The notes under the pieces are model-generated. The model worked only from the letters and a program-made list of their open reading frames with translations. It did not search any database and was not told the origin of the DNA. From the sequence record SRR31156797_603: 50,509 bases of DNA; one strand, given 5' to 3'. Within the stretch, counting starts at the first letter, position 1. Each line of letters opens with the position of its first letter. Below, piece by piece: positions 49,052 to 50,509 of the stretch. Made by a program: the position numbers and the translations under genes.

Positions 49052-49540
49052 CTATATAATTTTTTCGTAATTCTTAAATTGATCAACCGTTGATTTTAGC
49101 ACCATTCTCACACCTTTTTCATTTTTTAAATCGTAAGGATTAAAAAATGATTCACAACCTTCTGTTTTAATCAGGTAATTTACTTCTTTCCACTCCTGAA
49201 GCAACAGATATTTTCTCTCGGAAGTATCAACATCTCCAAACAAGGTATTGTTTTCAACTGATTGATTAAGGTTTATTTCTGCTTTTACTTTATTCTGAAT
49301 TAGGTGGATAAATTGATGATTTTCATCGTCAATCCACACAAACTTTTCAAAAGTAATCAATGAAGCATTGGACACGATTTGAATTGGAGGGGGGGCGTTT
49401 ATATATGCATCTTCGTGAATTAACTCGATATTGGCCAACTTTGACAACAGGAAGCACATTTTCCAGGAAGGGATATCAGCTACAACACCGTATATCTCAG
49501 GAAAATCATCTTCCGGTTCGAGACAGAAAACATCAGCCAT
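49052..49540 (-). CDS. IPExxxVDY-family-like protein
   Basis: Size, WKMCFLLSK, LLQEWKEVNYLIK variant motif, and position directly after rnc. Confidence 0.65.
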   Translation of the reverse strand: MADVFCLEPEDDFPEIYGVVADIPSWKMCFLLSKLANIELIHEDAYINAPPPIQIVSNASLITFEKFVWIDDENHQFIHLIQNKVKAEINLNQSVENNTLFGDVDTSERKYLLLQEWKEVNYLIKTEGCESFFNPYDLKNEKGVRMVLKSTVDQFKNYEKII

Positions 49541-49543
49541 AAA

Positions 49544-50272
49544 TTAATTGTCAAGTTGAGCAAGGGCTTCTCTGGCGGCATTTTGCTCTGCTTCTTTCTT
49601 TGAGCGACCTTTTCCTTGCCCCAGATTTTCATCTGCAAGTATTACAAAAGTTTCAAATTCGGGGTTGTGGGCATTCTCATTACTCACACAAGTAGTTTCG
49701 AATTTAATAAGACTCTTATGTTTCTGAGCCCATTCAATCAACATACTCTTGTAATTTGTTTCTTTTCGTTTTACTTCATCCAGATCGACCAACTGTTCAA
49801 GAATACGCTGAATGATAAATTTCTTAGTCCTTGTATACCCTTTATCCAGATAAACTGCTCCAATAAATGCTTCAAAGAAATCGCCATAAATATGGTGTGT
49901 AATTTCGAGATCGATAGATCTGGTATAAAGTAACTGATCTAAACCGGTCCGCTGAGCAAGCTCTGTAAGGGTTTGGCCATTGACTAATTTAGCTCTAAGC
50001 TTGGTCAAATAGCCTTCATCTTTTGATGGAAACCTGTGATATAAAAACTCGGCAACAACTGACCCTAAAATAGCATCACCAAGGTATTCCAACCGCTCAT
50101 TATTAATGAGTCGTTTTTTATAATAAAAAGAAGCTGACCTGTGTATACAAGCCAGCTTATAGAGAATAAGTTTACCTGGACGAAATCCAGTTACTTTTTT
50201 AATCGATTTTTTGAACGACTTGTCGTTCTCAAAGGTAATTTGATGAGCAGCAAAATTAATTTTACTACACAC
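49544..50272 (-). CDS. rnc: Ribonuclease III
   Basis: NERLEYLGDA, DFFEAFIGAVYLD, dsRBD NYKSMLIEWAQK...GKGRSKKEAEQNAA. Confidence 0.96.
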   Translation of the reverse strand: MCSKINFAAHQITFENDKSFKKSIKKVTGFRPGKLILYKLACIHRSASFYYKKRLINNERLEYLGDAILGSVVAEFLYHRFPSKDEGYLTKLRAKLVNGQTLTELAQRTGLDQLLYTRSIDLEITHHIYGDFFEAFIGAVYLDKGYTRTKKFIIQRILEQLVDLDEVKRKETNYKSMLIEWAQKHKSLIKFETTCVSNENAHNPEFETFVILADENLGQGKGRSKKEAEQNAAREALAQLDN

Positions 50273-50509
50273 TATTCAGCCTTTTTGAATAAAATCGTTG
50301 CGTTATGACCACCAAAACCAAAATTGTTCGTCATTGCAATTTTAATATCAGCTTTTTCAGCTTTATTAAATACAAATTGCAATTTATCATCAATGTCTGG
50401 ATCCAGTTCATTGAAATTGATTGTTGGCGGGATCACCTGGTCACGTAAAGCTAGGATAGTAGCCATACTTTCCAATGCACCGGCAGCACCTAAAAGGTGA
50501 CCTGTCATT
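50272..50509 (-). CDS. fabF: Beta-ketoacyl-ACP synthase II, 3' end only
   Basis: MTGHLLGAAG, IPPTIN, NNFGFGGHNA; fabF-rnc order. Confidence 0.95.
   Translation of the reverse strand, partial: MTGHLLGAAGALESMATILALRDQVIPPTINFNELDPDIDDKLQFVFNKAEKADIKIAMTNNFGFGGHNATILFKKAE

Noticed and set aside
1585..49933. The many 60-135 aa ORFs antisense to or nested in long genes (e.g. 8195-8551, 25643-26014, 38498-38902, 46568-46942)
   Set aside because: These are shadow ORFs of well-supported genes with no recognisable motifs.

Overview
AT-rich, gene-dense chromosomal segment from a Bacteroidota genome, probably Bacteroidales/Marinilabiliales-like. The assignment rests on TAnnTTTG promoters, T9SS C-terminal sorting domains, a PorQ-like gene, and the ileS-dksA-lspA, coaX-OMP-TPR-lptC-hemolysin and fabF-rnc-IPExxxVDY gene orders. 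Most of it is housekeeping: hemW (partial), lgt, ileS, dksA-like, lspA, a MacA/MacB-permease/TolC cassette, gpx, two PPIases, class II RNR, waaA, coaX, lptC, aspS, M42 peptidase, rnc and fabF (partial). It also holds four T9SS cargo genes and two orphan sensor kinases. I saw no tRNA, rRNA, CRISPR array, transposase, integrase or reverse transcriptase. The least explained part is 18982-25406. It has two tandem paralogous ~850-aa T9SS proteins of unknown function, each preceded by the same ECF-sigma-like AACC-N14-TGTCTA motif. Upstream lie an orphan terminator and triple TTAACA repeats suggesting an sRNA or attenuator, then a divergent FRG-domain gene. Other notable signals are an IleRS with a swapped GIHH signature, a Shine-Dalgarno-like sequence before dksA, a terminator inside the lptC 5' end, DnaA-box-like sites before nrdJ, and an 11-bp inverted repeat bracketing porQ. 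All calls come from motif recognition by eye; no database search was run.
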